Made by a program: the position numbers and the translations under genes. Source: an uncultured Methanosarcinaceae archaeon (GTDB lineage: Archaea; Halobacteriota; Methanosarcinia; Methanosarcinales; Methanosarcinaceae). Taken from it: a stretch of DNA of 64,000 nt. Positions 63,652-64,000 of the stretch are shown here, in pieces. The notes under the pieces were generated by a model. The model searched no databases and was not told the DNA's origin. It worked only from the letters and a program-made list of their open reading frames with translations. The stretch is taken from contig CAWJYV010000007.1 of the NCBI GenBank assembly GCA_963847185.1, positions 864,001 through 928,000 on the forward strand, read 5' to 3'. Each line of letters starts with the position of its first letter. Position 1 is the first letter of the stretch.

Positions 63652-64000
63652 ACAAATCCCCTACCCTCGCCTACTAAAAAACTAATAATCTAACTTATTC
63701 TACTTCCTTTAAATGTTTTTCTACATATACTCCACAAATTCTTCAGATTCTTCAAAAATACTTGAAAAAGAAGGCAAAGTATATTAGCAAAATTCTTATG
63801 GAAACTATAAGCATTTCATAATAAAAACTAAGTAAATGTATTTACGTCGTAGTGTTTACAAATTGAAGCCCTGAAAATTTAGAAAACAATTTTTAAGAGA
63901 AGAAATTATGAAGAAAATTTGGAATTTATATGAGTTAATCTTTTTAAATTTTCTTTCTACTAAAATAATATTTCTCAGAAAATTTTTCCAAAAGAATAAT

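Overview
Archaeal chromosome segment, almost certainly from Methanosarcina (split rpoB''/B'/A'/A'', MEDS/PocR/PAS-HisKA_2 kinases, PGF-CTERM proteins, DUF1699). Layout: (1) 0-11 kb: SAM-salvage pair (dadD/mtaD, ahcY) and two tandem MEDS-PAS sensor kinases, the second frameshifted; (2) 11.6-25.9 kb: intact core operon tRNA-Lys-rpoH-rpoB''-rpoB'-rpoA'-rpoA''-rpl30e-nusA-rps12-rps7-EF2-EF1A-rps10; (3) 26-56.8 kb: accessory, partly decaying region with a redox/metal stress cluster (AhpD-like, TrmB, hemerythrin, ferredoxin, CGGC pseudogene, cupin, sulfite-reductase-like protein, Cys-bearing HxlR with tandem GTAT-N7-ATAC operators), several miniature mobile elements (including a MITE nested in the hairpin of an IS200/IS605-derived element), an AT-rich membrane-protein island, two MATE pumps, a duplicated two-gene PGF-CTERM surface module, Kup and a Cache-cupin pseudogene; (4) 56.9-64 kb: housekeeping yjbQ, purF, rpl37e (missed by the ORF track), Sm-like protein, thiDN, trpB2, DUF1699. 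No CRISPR array, rRNA or intact transposase seen. All calls are from reading the sequence; no database searches were run.
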